This document shows, one piece after another, positions 12,187 through 22,500 of a stretch of DNA of 64,000 nucleotides. The notes under the pieces were generated by a model. That model searched no databases. It was not told the DNA's origin and was given only the letters and a program-made list of their open reading frames with translations. The position numbers and the translations under genes are program-made. Origin of the DNA: Lepidodermella squamata (Eukaryota; Animalia; Gastrotricha); the NCBI GenBank assembly GCA_047495785.1, contig JBLDXI010000009.1, positions 5,456,001-5,520,000 of the forward strand, given 5' to 3'. Position 1 is the first letter of the stretch. Each line of letters starts with the position of its first letter.

Positions 12187-12621
12187 CTACAAATTTTCGG
12201 AAATAAGTTTCTCGAGTTCATTATCAGAAAGTAGTGAAATTTCCTGGTTATCGCCGTACTCATCAACAGTTTTAGAGGCATCTTCATCATCATCCGAACT
12301 ATCGATTCGATTGCAAACTGCTCGGAATTCGTTGACGAGAGTCGCGTTCCTTCTCGAAACCAATTCTTCGTACAATCGGTTGAGTTTACGCTTGTACAGC
12401 GGCTTGCTCATGCGCGTCGCCTCAATCCAAGCCATACAACCTGGCTGCTTCGCCTCAAAATGGTCTCTTAAGGGCCCACCGAGCGAGTAGATCAGAAATG
12501 GCATATCGACATTAAGTGTCGCGCCAACTTCGCCAAGGTCATCTTCAGGCAAAACCGGGTTCGCCCTCCCTGAGTGAACAAGGGCCGTAAAAACCAAGGC
12601 AGCTGCAATAATTACCGTCAT
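12187..12621 (-). CDS. Small secreted protein of unknown family (possible prohormone)
   Basis: 144-aa ORF, signal peptide MTVIIAAALVFTALVHSGRA, KRK and RR basic sites, two Cys, acidic tail. Confidence 0.65.
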   Translation of the reverse strand: MTVIIAAALVFTALVHSGRANPVLPEDDLGEVGATLNVDMPFLIYSLGGPLRDHFEAKQPGCMAWIEATRMSKPLYKRKLNRLYEELVSRRNATLVNEFRAVCNRIDSSDDDEDASKTVDEYGDNQEISLLSDNELEKLISENL

Positions 12622-12951
12622 TTTTCAAAAAATATTGACGATTGCCAGATTGTGAGATGATTATATCGCGGCTAACCCCCACTACGTATGCGTGGGCTAC
12701 CTGATGCAAGTGGGCAAGTCACGCCACGTTGTAATTACATTTTTCCGTTTTCGGATTTTATTTTTTAATCAAAAGTTATAAAAAATGGCGACACATGATA
12801 TCAGGGCGTCTAATTATATCCAGGTATTTTTCAATCAAAGCACATCGCTCTTTTTATTGAATAAAAGCATTGAAAAATATGTAAATAAAGTCGACCGGGC
12901 GACGTTTGCTTGTGCCAGTTTATTTTTATCTACCTGAATTACCATAGTCGT

Positions 12952-13593
12952 TCATTTTCTACCGAAGTATCGATTTTTCAAATTGTCGCACGTTCCAGTT
13001 TCCTTGCAGTTGGCAGCCTTTCGAATTCTGAAACATAAAATAGTTTTAGCTTTAGCTTTTTTGGTTCCAGTGGAGAGCAAAAAGTGTCAAAAAATCTATT
13101 CTTAACAGATCAGAACTGAAACTAAGAAAGATGGCTAAAAGTTTGCATGGCCCACCAAAAGACATCAATTATATAAGGTTTTAGAAAAGTAAGCTCAGGT
13201 GAAAAGGTATTTTAAGAAGGTTACGAACTTGTTAACGAGCATAGCTTTCCGCGGGTTGCTGAGTTTATTCATGTAAGAATTGGCCATCAATTGCGCCATA
13301 TCAACGCTGCTACCCGCTGGCACAGAGTTGACGGGCCGCGCATTAGCCTCGTCGTAAGACTTGACCATAGCCGTCAAAACGCTGTAGAATGAATTGTAAT
13401 CGCCCAAGCCAGCTTCGGCCTCCTTGGCCCGCGAGAGCATAAGACTCTGTAGTAAGCGAGGATCCGTAACTGGGGCAATATTTGAAGTTTTTTCGCCGCT
13501 TGATGTCAGCGGAGAGTCGGCAAAGTTCTGGGCGCCAACAAGAAACGGCGATAGAGTGATGACACAGATCACTTCAAAATAGCCGCTGCGCAT
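12952..13593 (-). CDS. Probable neuropeptide precursor (exons 13593-13229 and 13027-12952)
   Basis: Signal peptide; splicing AA|gttcgt...tttcag|A gives the C-terminus KIRKAANCKETGTCDNLKNRYFGRK-stop, with an amidation signal G-RK. Confidence 0.7.
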
Positions 13594-14449
13594 GGCTGAC
13601 GTTATTCAGAAAAATTTGAAAATCACTAAAAACCCTCTTTACTATTATTAAGACTGAATAGCGATTAAAAATATCGAACGATTATGTCATTTCCGCGCCT
13701 ACGCCGTTTCGCATGATTGGCTGCGTACGTAATTGATTCAAGCGTAGAATTGAGGGCAGTCTATCGGGACAGAACTCAATTGAGGCCCGGAAGACCCATG
13801 ACCACCGTCACGCTCCATTTGATGGTATAATGGTGCGAGTGCTCAATTGGCTACACGACCGTAGGCGAGCAATTTTTCTCGCTGGGGAGAATTAATCAGC
13901 TGAAACAATCAGCCATTTATTTCTTCTATGCGATCCCACGAGTACATAAATCTTTTGTTGTTCAGCTGGGTGCTCACTGCCTTATTCTAATTATCCTATT
14001 GATTTTACATTACGGATTACATAAGCACGTACACTCCAGAGGCAGCGAAGAGCTAACAAAATGGATCCGTAGAGGCGGTAGCTCAGATATCGCGATTCAG
14101 GGCGCTCTAATGTCGTTTACGATATTGAAGGTGTCTCGACCTCGTTGTGGCACGTCGCCGTCATTATTCCTCGGATAAAAATAGCAGCATTCGAGTTAGT
14201 AATATCTCATTTTCTCAATCAAATCAAATTTATCGAATTTGCTGACCCAAACTTCAGCATCGGCTCAAACAACATTCGGAATCAGCGAAGTGTTGTCGGA
14301 TAGCCTGGCAAAAAAGATCGTGATCAGAAAATATCCTTTAATCAGAGCTGATAAAAAGAGCTAAACGCGCCTACAAGAAATGTCAAACTGGTGGCCGCTA
14401 CACTAAGCTGACATAATGGTAGAACTTCTATAATTATAGAAGTTCTACC

Positions 14450-14662
14450 TGAAATCCTGAAAGTGGTCTCCGGCTACAAATTTTCTGTGAACAATGCAAC
14501 TTTTAACGCATTTTAAGGCTATTTTCAGCTTGAAAATGCCCGAAAAAGCGTCAGCTAAAGCTCGCAAATAGGTTTTCAGGTGTTTTTTAGACCCCGAAAT
14601 TTTCGAAGCCGCAGGTAAAAAAAATTATCACCCCCCGAAAATAAATCCTGGCTACGCCTCTG
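14450..14662 (-). mobile_element. DNA-transposon (hAT-like MITE) terminal remnant
   Basis: The minus strand starts CAGAGGCGTAGCCAGGATTT, a terminus typical of hAT-type MITEs; the other end was not found. Confidence 0.4.
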
Positions 14663-14709
14663 GGTAGAAGCATAGACAACACAGTAACATATAGGAAGCA
14701 AACGATCTT

Positions 14710-15465
14710 TCTATACTGAATTTATTCCAGGTATTCGAGATTTTGATTTTCCGATATTTTATGGTCGTGTTACTTGAACTTGCAAGGTAGCCTGGAGGCA
14801 GCTTACCGGTTGGCTCAGGTCAGGGATTCAAGACTCCGGCTCCGAAAGGCAAGCTCAAAATGTAAAATGGGTGAACTGGACTGAACCAGCAAATGAGTTT
14901 CGACAAAGGCGATCCTACGATCGCGAGAGATCTGGGTGCTAGTCGACGTATAGAAGCCATACGGGTGTATTTTCCTGCAGCGGTTCCACAGAGGTGCTTG
15001 CAAGGTGGCGGATCCTCTGATCCTGGTGTGAGTGATTGCTCATGATTTTTCTCCCGAAAGCGTCGAATTCGAGGTGCCAGATGTAGCGCAGATAGCTGGC
15101 CATGATGTCGCTGGTCTGGAGGCGGCGCTTTCCATATTCTTCTAGTCTGTCCCAAAGTACCTCTTCGATAGATTTTAGTTCTGCCAGAAATAGGGTTCCG
15201 TAGGCATCAGCGTCATACGGCAGATCTAGCGCGGCTCTTAGGCCATTCGCTTGGATTTCGAACAGCCTGTTTCTCGATGATTTCGGCATGCAATGTCATG
15301 CGGGTGCAATGTACGTCATCACTTTCCGATAACGCTTTGTGGAAAGTTATACCCAACCTTTGTGGTAGAACACGACGAGCCATTATGCCTCGCAGCATGC
15401 CTGCTCTGGGGCGCGTCTTTGCCGAGATTGCGGACAAGTGGTTTTCCTAAATCCCAAAAACTGTG
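14710..15465 (-). mobile_element. 5'-truncated non-LTR retrotransposon (LINE) remnant
   Basis: Disrupted post-RT segment (YIAPA*HCMPKSSRNRLFEIQANGLRAALDL..LKSIEE) followed by a 3'UTR with AATAAA at 14726-14721. Confidence 0.55.
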
Positions 15466-15601
15466 TTCACTTGAAAAACTGTATCGTCCCATGAGGTCAG
15501 AACGCCGCTACTATTATCGGCGAGCTAACAAAGCAAGAGACAAAGGAAAGCAGCATGAACTAAGCGAAGATGATACGATTTCATCATTCTTGCAGTACAA
15601 C

Positions 15602-15674
15602 GGGGTTGTGGCGCAATGGACAACGCGTCTGACTACGGATCAGAAGATTCCAGGTTCGACTCCTGGCAGCCTCG
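15602..15674 (+). tRNA. tRNA-Arg(ACG)
   Basis: Anticodon arm TCTGA-CT-ACG-GA-TCAGA, intact A and B boxes. Confidence 0.95.
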
Positions 15675-15753
15675 CAATAATTTTATTCAGCTACACGCTG
15701 TGTCATTCGCTGAAAGGCGTGACAGTAGTATCAGCTGACATAATTCTGCACCA

Positions 15754-15826
15754 GCCCGGTTAGCTCAGTCGGTAGAGCATGGGACTCTTAATCCCAGGGT
15801 CGTGGGTTCGAGCCCCACATCGGGCG
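15754..15826 (+). tRNA. tRNA-Lys(CTT)
   Basis: GCCCGGTTAGCTCAGTCGGTAGAGCATGGGACTCTTAATCCCA... Confidence 0.96.
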
Positions 15827-15915
15827 ATTCTTTTGCTCAAGTGTGAAATGTATAGACTGATGTATACTGATCATCGCGCGATTAAATGCGTTCAACGGCA
15901 CGCTTTGCATGTAGC

Positions 15916-15988
15916 GGTTCGGTGGTGTAGTGGTTATCACATCTGCCTAACACGCAGAAGGTCGCCGGTTCAATCCCGGCCCGAATCA
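15916..15988 (+). tRNA. tRNA-Val(AAC)
   Basis: Cloverleaf, AAC anticodon. Confidence 0.95.
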
Positions 15989-16095
15989 GCTGTAAGCTTT
16001 TTGGTTGGCTGGCTGGCTATACGAAAAACTAGCTTTACTGTCAATAAATTAAAAAAATTGAACCGCCTGCCACTGTCTCGAGTTCTGTGTGACTC

Positions 16096-16167
16096 TGCCA
16101 CGGCCTGGAGTCGAACCAGGGTCACCTCGGCCACAACGAGGAATACTAACCACTATACTACCGTGGC
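16096..16167 (-). tRNA. tRNA-His(GTG)
   Basis: GCCACGG...CCTCG-TT-GTG-GC-CGAGG...CCGTGGCA. Confidence 0.95.
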
Positions 16168-16269
16168 TGATTTCGCGGTTAAGCACAAAATTTGACAGCG
16201 GCCTATCAACGTCTGTTTGCTGTTCTTGTTAAAATTCAGGCAGCCCTGATAGATGGCATTACGCTACAG

Positions 16270-16351
16270 GACGCGGTGGCCGAGTGGTTAAGGCGATGGA
16301 CTGCTAATCCATTGGGCTCTGCCCGCGAGGGTTCGAATCCCTTCTGCGTCG
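16270..16351 (+). tRNA. tRNA-Ser(GCT)
   Basis: 82 nt with long variable arm; ATGGA-CT-GCT-AA-TCCAT. Confidence 0.95.
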
Positions 16352-16439
16352 TAAAAACTTTTGCCTCGGTTACGGCTGACGTTAGTTTTTTTCCAATAAG
16401 CTTGTGGTAAAAATGCAGAAAGTTTTCAAAAAGAGAATG

Positions 16440-16511
16440 CTCCTTGGCAGGGAATCGAACCCTGGTCTCCCGCGTGACAGGCGGGGATACTAACCACTAT
16501 ACTACCAAGGA
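16440..16511 (-). tRNA. tRNA-Asp(GTC)
   Basis: Same sequence as 10796-10867. Confidence 0.95.
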
Positions 16512-16613
16512 TTGCATGAGTGTCACCAATCATCGAACAGCTTTCAAGGCCAATCCAATGTTAGGTTCAACAGAATGCAGACGAATGCACTCAAAAATGT
16601 GACTTGGCGCAGT

Positions 16614-16684
16614 TGCATCGGCCGGGAATCGAACCCGGGCCTCCCGCGTGGCAGGCGAGAATTCTACCACTGAACCACCGATGC
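16614..16684 (-). tRNA. tRNA-Gly(GCC)
   Basis: GCATCGGTGGTTCAGTGGTAGAATTCTCGCCTGCCACGCGGG... Confidence 0.96.
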
Positions 16685-16783
16685 GCTGCTTGATTCCAAC
16701 CCAACGTGTGTCTCCTTCAGCAAGTCTTTCTGTCGCCCACCCCGCGATATATTATTATTATTTTTTTTATGCCAAAAACTGAG

Positions 16784-16865
16784 CGTCGCCAGTAGGATTC
16801 GAACCTACGCGCGGAAACCGCATCTGATTTCGAGTCAGACCCCTTAACCACTCGGGCATAGCGAC
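16784..16865 (-). tRNA. tRNA-Ser(CGA)
   Basis: TCTGA-CT-CGA-AA-TCAGA, long variable arm. Confidence 0.93.
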
Positions 16866-17021
16866 TGTTCTAGAACAAGGCGACGCCTCATGGGGCATAT
16901 CGCAAACTCTGATGAGTCACATTACCGCCGGAATATTTCAGAGGATGCTGAAAAATCAGCTGCCAACCTCGCATATAAGTACAGATTGGAACCGTCACAT
17001 CTGGCTGCCCTAATTTGTCAA

Positions 17022-17094
17022 GCCGAGATAGCTCAGTTGGGAGAGCGTTAGACTGAAGATCTAAAGGTCCCTGGTTCGATCCCGGGTCTCGGCG
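17022..17094 (+). tRNA. tRNA-Phe(GAA)
   Basis: GCCGAGATAGCTCAGTTGGGAGAGCGTTAGACTGAAGATCTAA... Confidence 0.95.
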
Positions 17095-17399
17095 GCTCTT
17101 CAATTTTCACACCCGACGCTAAAAGTCAAGACAAAAAATACAGAAATTTTGTTTAACACTTTTTGGCGTACCCCCTAGCACTCAGACCTAGTCGGATCAC
17201 TGCTGTGTACACGTTATCGGCTTGTTTTCTGGCAACTCTTAAGATTGAATGCGAGTCTTTGCTCGAGGAGCATCAACTTCATTCGATTGTGTGATCTCAC
17301 CGCCGCTGTTTTAGCGTTCGTTGTTAGCGCTAGTATCTTTGTAGGATACGGAGCTAAAATGCTGTCATGAACGCGAAACATGCACTCTGTGCACGGCTG

Positions 17400-17986
17400 T
17401 TTGTTGTCTGAAATGAATGACCAAATGAATCAGTTTTATTTTTCGTCCTCCGTAGGCATGTGATGTTAATGTTAGAGAGTAGAAAAAAGGCCTTACCCGT
17501 GAGGGTTTAGGGGACGGCTGACGACAGGCGATCGGCTTCAGGGGCCGACAGATCGGTCGCGAACAACCTGCTTTTGCCCAAAAATTCATAATTTTCGATG
17601 CTATTACACACTAATTGCCATTCATCCCGATCTCTGGCATTTATTTCCGCTAATTCTAGATCCGCAATTTTGTGAATTTCAGTGCGTCGCATTAACAGGG
17701 TCGACTTACGAGGTCTCCCGCGTCTAACTGGCTCGTTTGGGTTTTTAATATATTTCACATGAATATCGAACAAAACAATTTTAAGAAGACTCCTTTTCAA
17801 GCTATCGGTCCAGCGGGTTGGCGGTTTACCGCGAGGCAAGTACCAACTCGGGTCGACCGCTTTCCAATGATATATGGCATTCGTGAGACTTTCAGTGTCA
17901 TACTCGTCTTGGCGAATAATGTGCCCGAAATATTTCAAACGATGCTTTTCAATCATTTTACTTAATTCCATAACGTCACAGATCAA
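17400..17986 (-). mobile_element. 5'-truncated RTE-like LINE remnant (ORF2 C-terminus)
   Basis: RLKYFGHIIR, RGKPPTRWTD and ARDRDEW motifs typical of RTE-clade ORF2 C-termini. The 3' boundary is approximate. Confidence 0.7.
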
Positions 17987-18329
17987 TCTAATATCGATGT
18001 TATCAATCTAATATCGATGTTTTGTTGTCTTTTTTGGTCTTTTTTGGTCAATTTGATATGTCAACCGTGTGGAAAACACTTCACTATGAATAAAAATTGT
18101 TCGAAGCTGTGGGAGATCAATTATGTATAGACATTTGCAATGATTGATGAATACTCGACCGAGTGTTCCAGTCGGGGTGGTGAACAAAAAGCTAGCTTTC
18201 GCTTGACTCGGGTTACGTTGCGAATGAGCACGCATCTCTCGAATGAGAAAGCGACTGTCACGCGGTAACAGTAAATAAATTGTAAACCATTTTCGCCTCG
18301 TGCAACGTGATCTCTGCCTGAAGTGCATG

Positions 18330-18830
18330 CAGCGCCGGATTTTCCATTAGGAAATGTCACGGCGCCCTGGGCAATTTTGCATTATCGGGGGCCCCTATCA
18401 TTGGTTGTTGCAATTGAATGGCTCGATTTACCTTGAGAGATGAACCCATTCAGAATAATATTTGTTAGGCTTTTCTAATCGAAAAACTTCTTTGCCGGCG
18501 CTTTTGGTGAAAATCAAATGTAATTTTGAAACAATTAATTCAAGCTAAGCGATCAAATTTAGGGTTCAGAATTTCTCTCAGACTTACAACTTACACTATA
18601 ACACTTCAAATAATGATTTCCCGAATCGTTTGCCACTTGCCGAGGTAGACAATTTCATAATTTCAAGTGGTTTCTCAAGTCAAAAGGGTCCCTTGTGGCA
18701 TTTTCTGACAGAAAAATCAGTCTGAAAATGCGGGGGCCCTTGGGGCACACATGATGGTTTGACTTGCCTCTGAGGCCCCGAAAATCGCGGGGCTCCAAGG
18801 CAATAGCCATGTTTGCCTAATCCGGCACTG
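18330..18830. mobile_element. hAT-like MITE (~500 bp)
   Basis: Termini CAGCGCCGGATT...AATCCGGCACTG, subterminal GGGGCCCC motifs; flanks AGTGCATG / ATTGCAAG (6 of 8 match, degenerate TSD). Confidence 0.7.
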
Positions 18831-19548
18831 ATTGCAAGCCAGAAATACCGCGGAACGGCTGTCCCATTTATTGCTGATGCTTGCTGTTTCAGATCGCTCA
18901 TCTCGAACAGAGGCATTTCCTCATTTGCAATTGAATACCAACACAAAAGCCAGGGCAGATTCGTTGCTCATTTCGAAATCATTTATTTGATAAAGCAATC
19001 GTTCAGTCAACAAATCAACTTATCATTGCTATAGAAATCATCAACAAAGTCTCAGTCGACTGATGTTTTTTCCTTCTGCAATTTCGTTCTAAATATGCAT
19101 CTCCAACGCAATGCAACTATACGCCTTCATTTTAGTAAGAATTTGACTTCGGATAACGCAAATATAAACAGAAAAAAATGTTTTGAAAGAAAAACGCAAG
19201 AAAGGAGAAGAAAATCAACTGATTTGTAGAATGTACACGTAGAGGGACTAATATAGTTCCTCCTCACTCGCAACCGCAAAAATGACATGAAACCATATTT
19301 CTTTAAAATTCACTCTAAAATTTTGCGATCGTTGTGTCTAAGGTATGTATAATTATGTAGGTAAATATTATTATTATTACGTATTATCATTTAATCGAAT
19401 GAAGAAGAAGGAAAAAATCAACAACAACAACAACATTCATAACAATGGTGTTTAGGCATATAGGTATACACAGTATAGGTATTTATATAATTTTTGATTA
19501 TAACGCTGGGATGATAATTGTTCGCTGGCTGTTTTTTCTAGCAATTTG

Positions 19549-22500
19549 TTAGCTGTCATCCAGTGAGGTACTGCTGTAGTGCGGCTTCGGCACAAGTCGC
19601 AGGTGCACAACCACCGGCGCCGCGACGTCGGCCACCACCGGCAGGCGCAGCGAGGCGATCGGCAGCGCGAGGCACCGCCGCATCGACTCGCCGCCGGCCC
19701 CACCCTCCTGCTCCTGCTCCTGCTCATCGCCTGCGCCGTCGTCATCGAAATCGGCGGCTTGTACGAAAAACTCTTGCATGTTGGCGCTGTCGATGTTGTC
19801 GATGTTGTTGGCGTTGTGCGAACTGGCGGTGGAGCCGAGGCGGCGCTTCCGCCTCGCCACCAGGTGCCGCGCCAGTTGCCGCGCCTTCGCCAGCAGCAGC
19901 GCTTTCGACGAGGCGGCGGCGAGGCGGCGCGACTCGGGCGACGTGCCGGCGGCGCTGCGGCTCGCGTGCAGGCGCCGCATCGCCGAGCTGAGCCCGCCGC
20001 TGCCTCCGCCGCCGGACGAGCAGCCGGTCGCCGACGACGACAGCCGGCGCCGTTTGCTGTTGCTGCCGCTCTTGTCATGCTCGTCGGCTAACAACTCTTC
20101 AGCCGAGCAACCAATCTCGTTCAAACCTATTGAAAGAAAATGATATTTTTCAAAATGTTGCCAAAAATTGAAAATAAATTGACAATATTTCTACACTAGA
20201 TTAACCTCGTCTCCCTTTCGAATAGACAATTTCTACAGCAAGAAATCTCACCATTTTTCGACATTAGCCTTACCACGAGAATCTATCACGCTTTCACCGA
20301 AGAAATTTGGAATTGCCGGGCTAAACCGGGGTATTTTTCGGTAATTTTCCCGGTTGCGCCAAATATCTTTGGATTTTCTGATGACTAGTTTCATACTTGA
20401 CTAAAATTCGAATATCATTTGGATCCCTCGTGGGACATCGCTTCTAATTTTAGACTTCCTGATCATTTTTCGTGGGATTTTATGGACGCGCTGCTATTAG
20501 GAAACGCTGCATGTTAATAAGTACGTAAGTCCTTTGAGTAAGACTGAAAACACACCGAAATTCCGTCATTAGATCGAAAATGCAAAGAAATTCGGGAATA
20601 ATTGAGTATTTTCATCAGAAATTTTTTTGGAAAGTTTTGAATAAGAACTACTATAGAATGTCCCATAAAGTAGCGAATACAAAGATGCTCGTAAAAGGGA
20701 TCAGGACTGAGGATAAGGCAAATAACTTGTCAATGGGGATAAAAATAATCTGAATGAATTCTGTCCTAACAAATGAAATTCCGTAAATAACCGAACAAGT
20801 TATACAATCGGGGTTTTCCGGATTCTGCAAAATTAGAAAATGGTTGCAGAACTGCTGGGACATGTTTTATATTATTTTTTGAAAAAATTAAAAACGTACC
20901 ATTTTCATCTCGCCGACTGTCGCGGTTAATGAGGTCATGATGCGGATGAAGAGCGGACGCCGTGGCCTCGCCAGCCGCCGTCATCGCGCTCATCAGGTCC
21001 ATCAACGGCAGCGGCGGCGGCAGAATCGACGCCGACGATGCGGCTGTTGACGCCGGCGCGAACATTTCACCACTCTTCTCCAGCAGCTGATGGTGGCTGA
21101 ATCCATTGCTGCCTGATGCCGCCGGCGCCGGCTGTTGGTCATGGTGCTGCTGTTGCCGGTCCATTTCGGCGGCGATGCGCGCCCACTTGGGCGGCAGGCG
21201 CGGGTCGCGGATGTGGTGGATTTTGAACTTGTGCGCGCGCAGAAAGTACTTGTTGCACACGAGCTTGTGGCAAATGTCGCACTCGACGCGCTCCGTTGTC
21301 ATGCCACCGCCAGCCCCTGTGCCACCGTGCATTGCCAGTTGCGGATGTTGCTGCTGCTGTTGCTGCTGCGGCTGAGGCTTTGAAGCGGCTGCGATCACCA
21401 CCGGTTTGTTCGTCGCCGCCGCCGCCGCAGCTTGATGGCGCTGCTTATTAATGGCCGCCGCCTCGTCACGCCCGAGTGACTCCAGCAGCGACGCCGTTGT
21501 CGGGTTTGTCGAAGATGAGTTGTTGTTGTTGTTGCTCGGCATCGATAGCCCGGCTGCGGCCGCCAGATCTCGCAGTAGACTGTTGGCTGTCATGGTGCCA
21601 GGCGCGGGCGACGCCGATGAAACCGGGGGCATCGCGTTCGAGTGGTTGTTGAGCGATGACGCGGCTGAGGCGCCGAAATTTGCGAAATTGAACGCACTCG
21701 CAAGGTTACTACAAGAAGAAAAATAAAACAAAATATTTAAATCTATTTTTTCAATTTTTTAATATTTGAAATTTGAAAAAACGGATTGACACGAAATTTC
21801 AGCTCAATTTCTCCAGTTTTTTCTATATAATTAGCAAATATTCTAAAATCAGCCTAAAATTTGTATAAAGCTCATCAAATAATTGAAAAGCCAAGATATT
21901 TGCAGATATTTGAATGAATAATTCAGCATTAAAATTTGGATTTGGCAATTAGCCGCCCTAATTTCGGAGTTCCGCCGCCAAATTTGAAACTCCAGCACTA
22001 GATTTCACTAAAATATGGGTTTCCGAGTTTCACGTCTTCACTAGAATCTCAATTTTCTAAGTATTATGCCGGACGCCAAACCAAATGATTGAGATTCAAC
22101 ATGAAAATGTACCCATTTTTCCGGACTTCGATTTCAAGGGTTTAAGACGGTTCAGATTTTTCGATTACAAAATAAACTGAAAATTGCTATAAAAATAAAA
22201 ACTCACGCTAGATTGAAGTTATTTGCGGCGTTGCTGCTCGACTGCGGCGTAGCATGGCCGTTATTGCCACCAGCCGTAGCAGCAGCTGGAGAACTGGTCG
22301 GCAGCCGCAACGCGTTCAAAAACGACAGTTGCTGCTGCATGATGGCCGCCGAATCGGCCGCCTCGCTTTTAATCTCAACCTTCGCCGCCTTGTTGCCGCC
22401 GCCATTCAACGACGCCGCGGCAGCCGCAGCCGCCGCCGAGGCCACTTCCATCCACGAGTTCTTCGCCTCGGGCGGCGGCGACAAAAACTGCTGCAGGGCC

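Noticed and set aside
15293-17103. ORFs of 71-156 aa over the tRNA blocks (also at 29781-30036, 42244-43469, 50350-50553, 10758-10976)
   Set aside because: They are chance translations of tRNA genes and spacers; their duplication only reflects the DNA repeat.
19452-20143. Multiple overlapping long ORFs on both strands (also at 51418-51983 and 53003-53877)
   Set aside because: Stop-codon scarcity in GC-rich exons; only one frame fits the splice sites and protein motifs.
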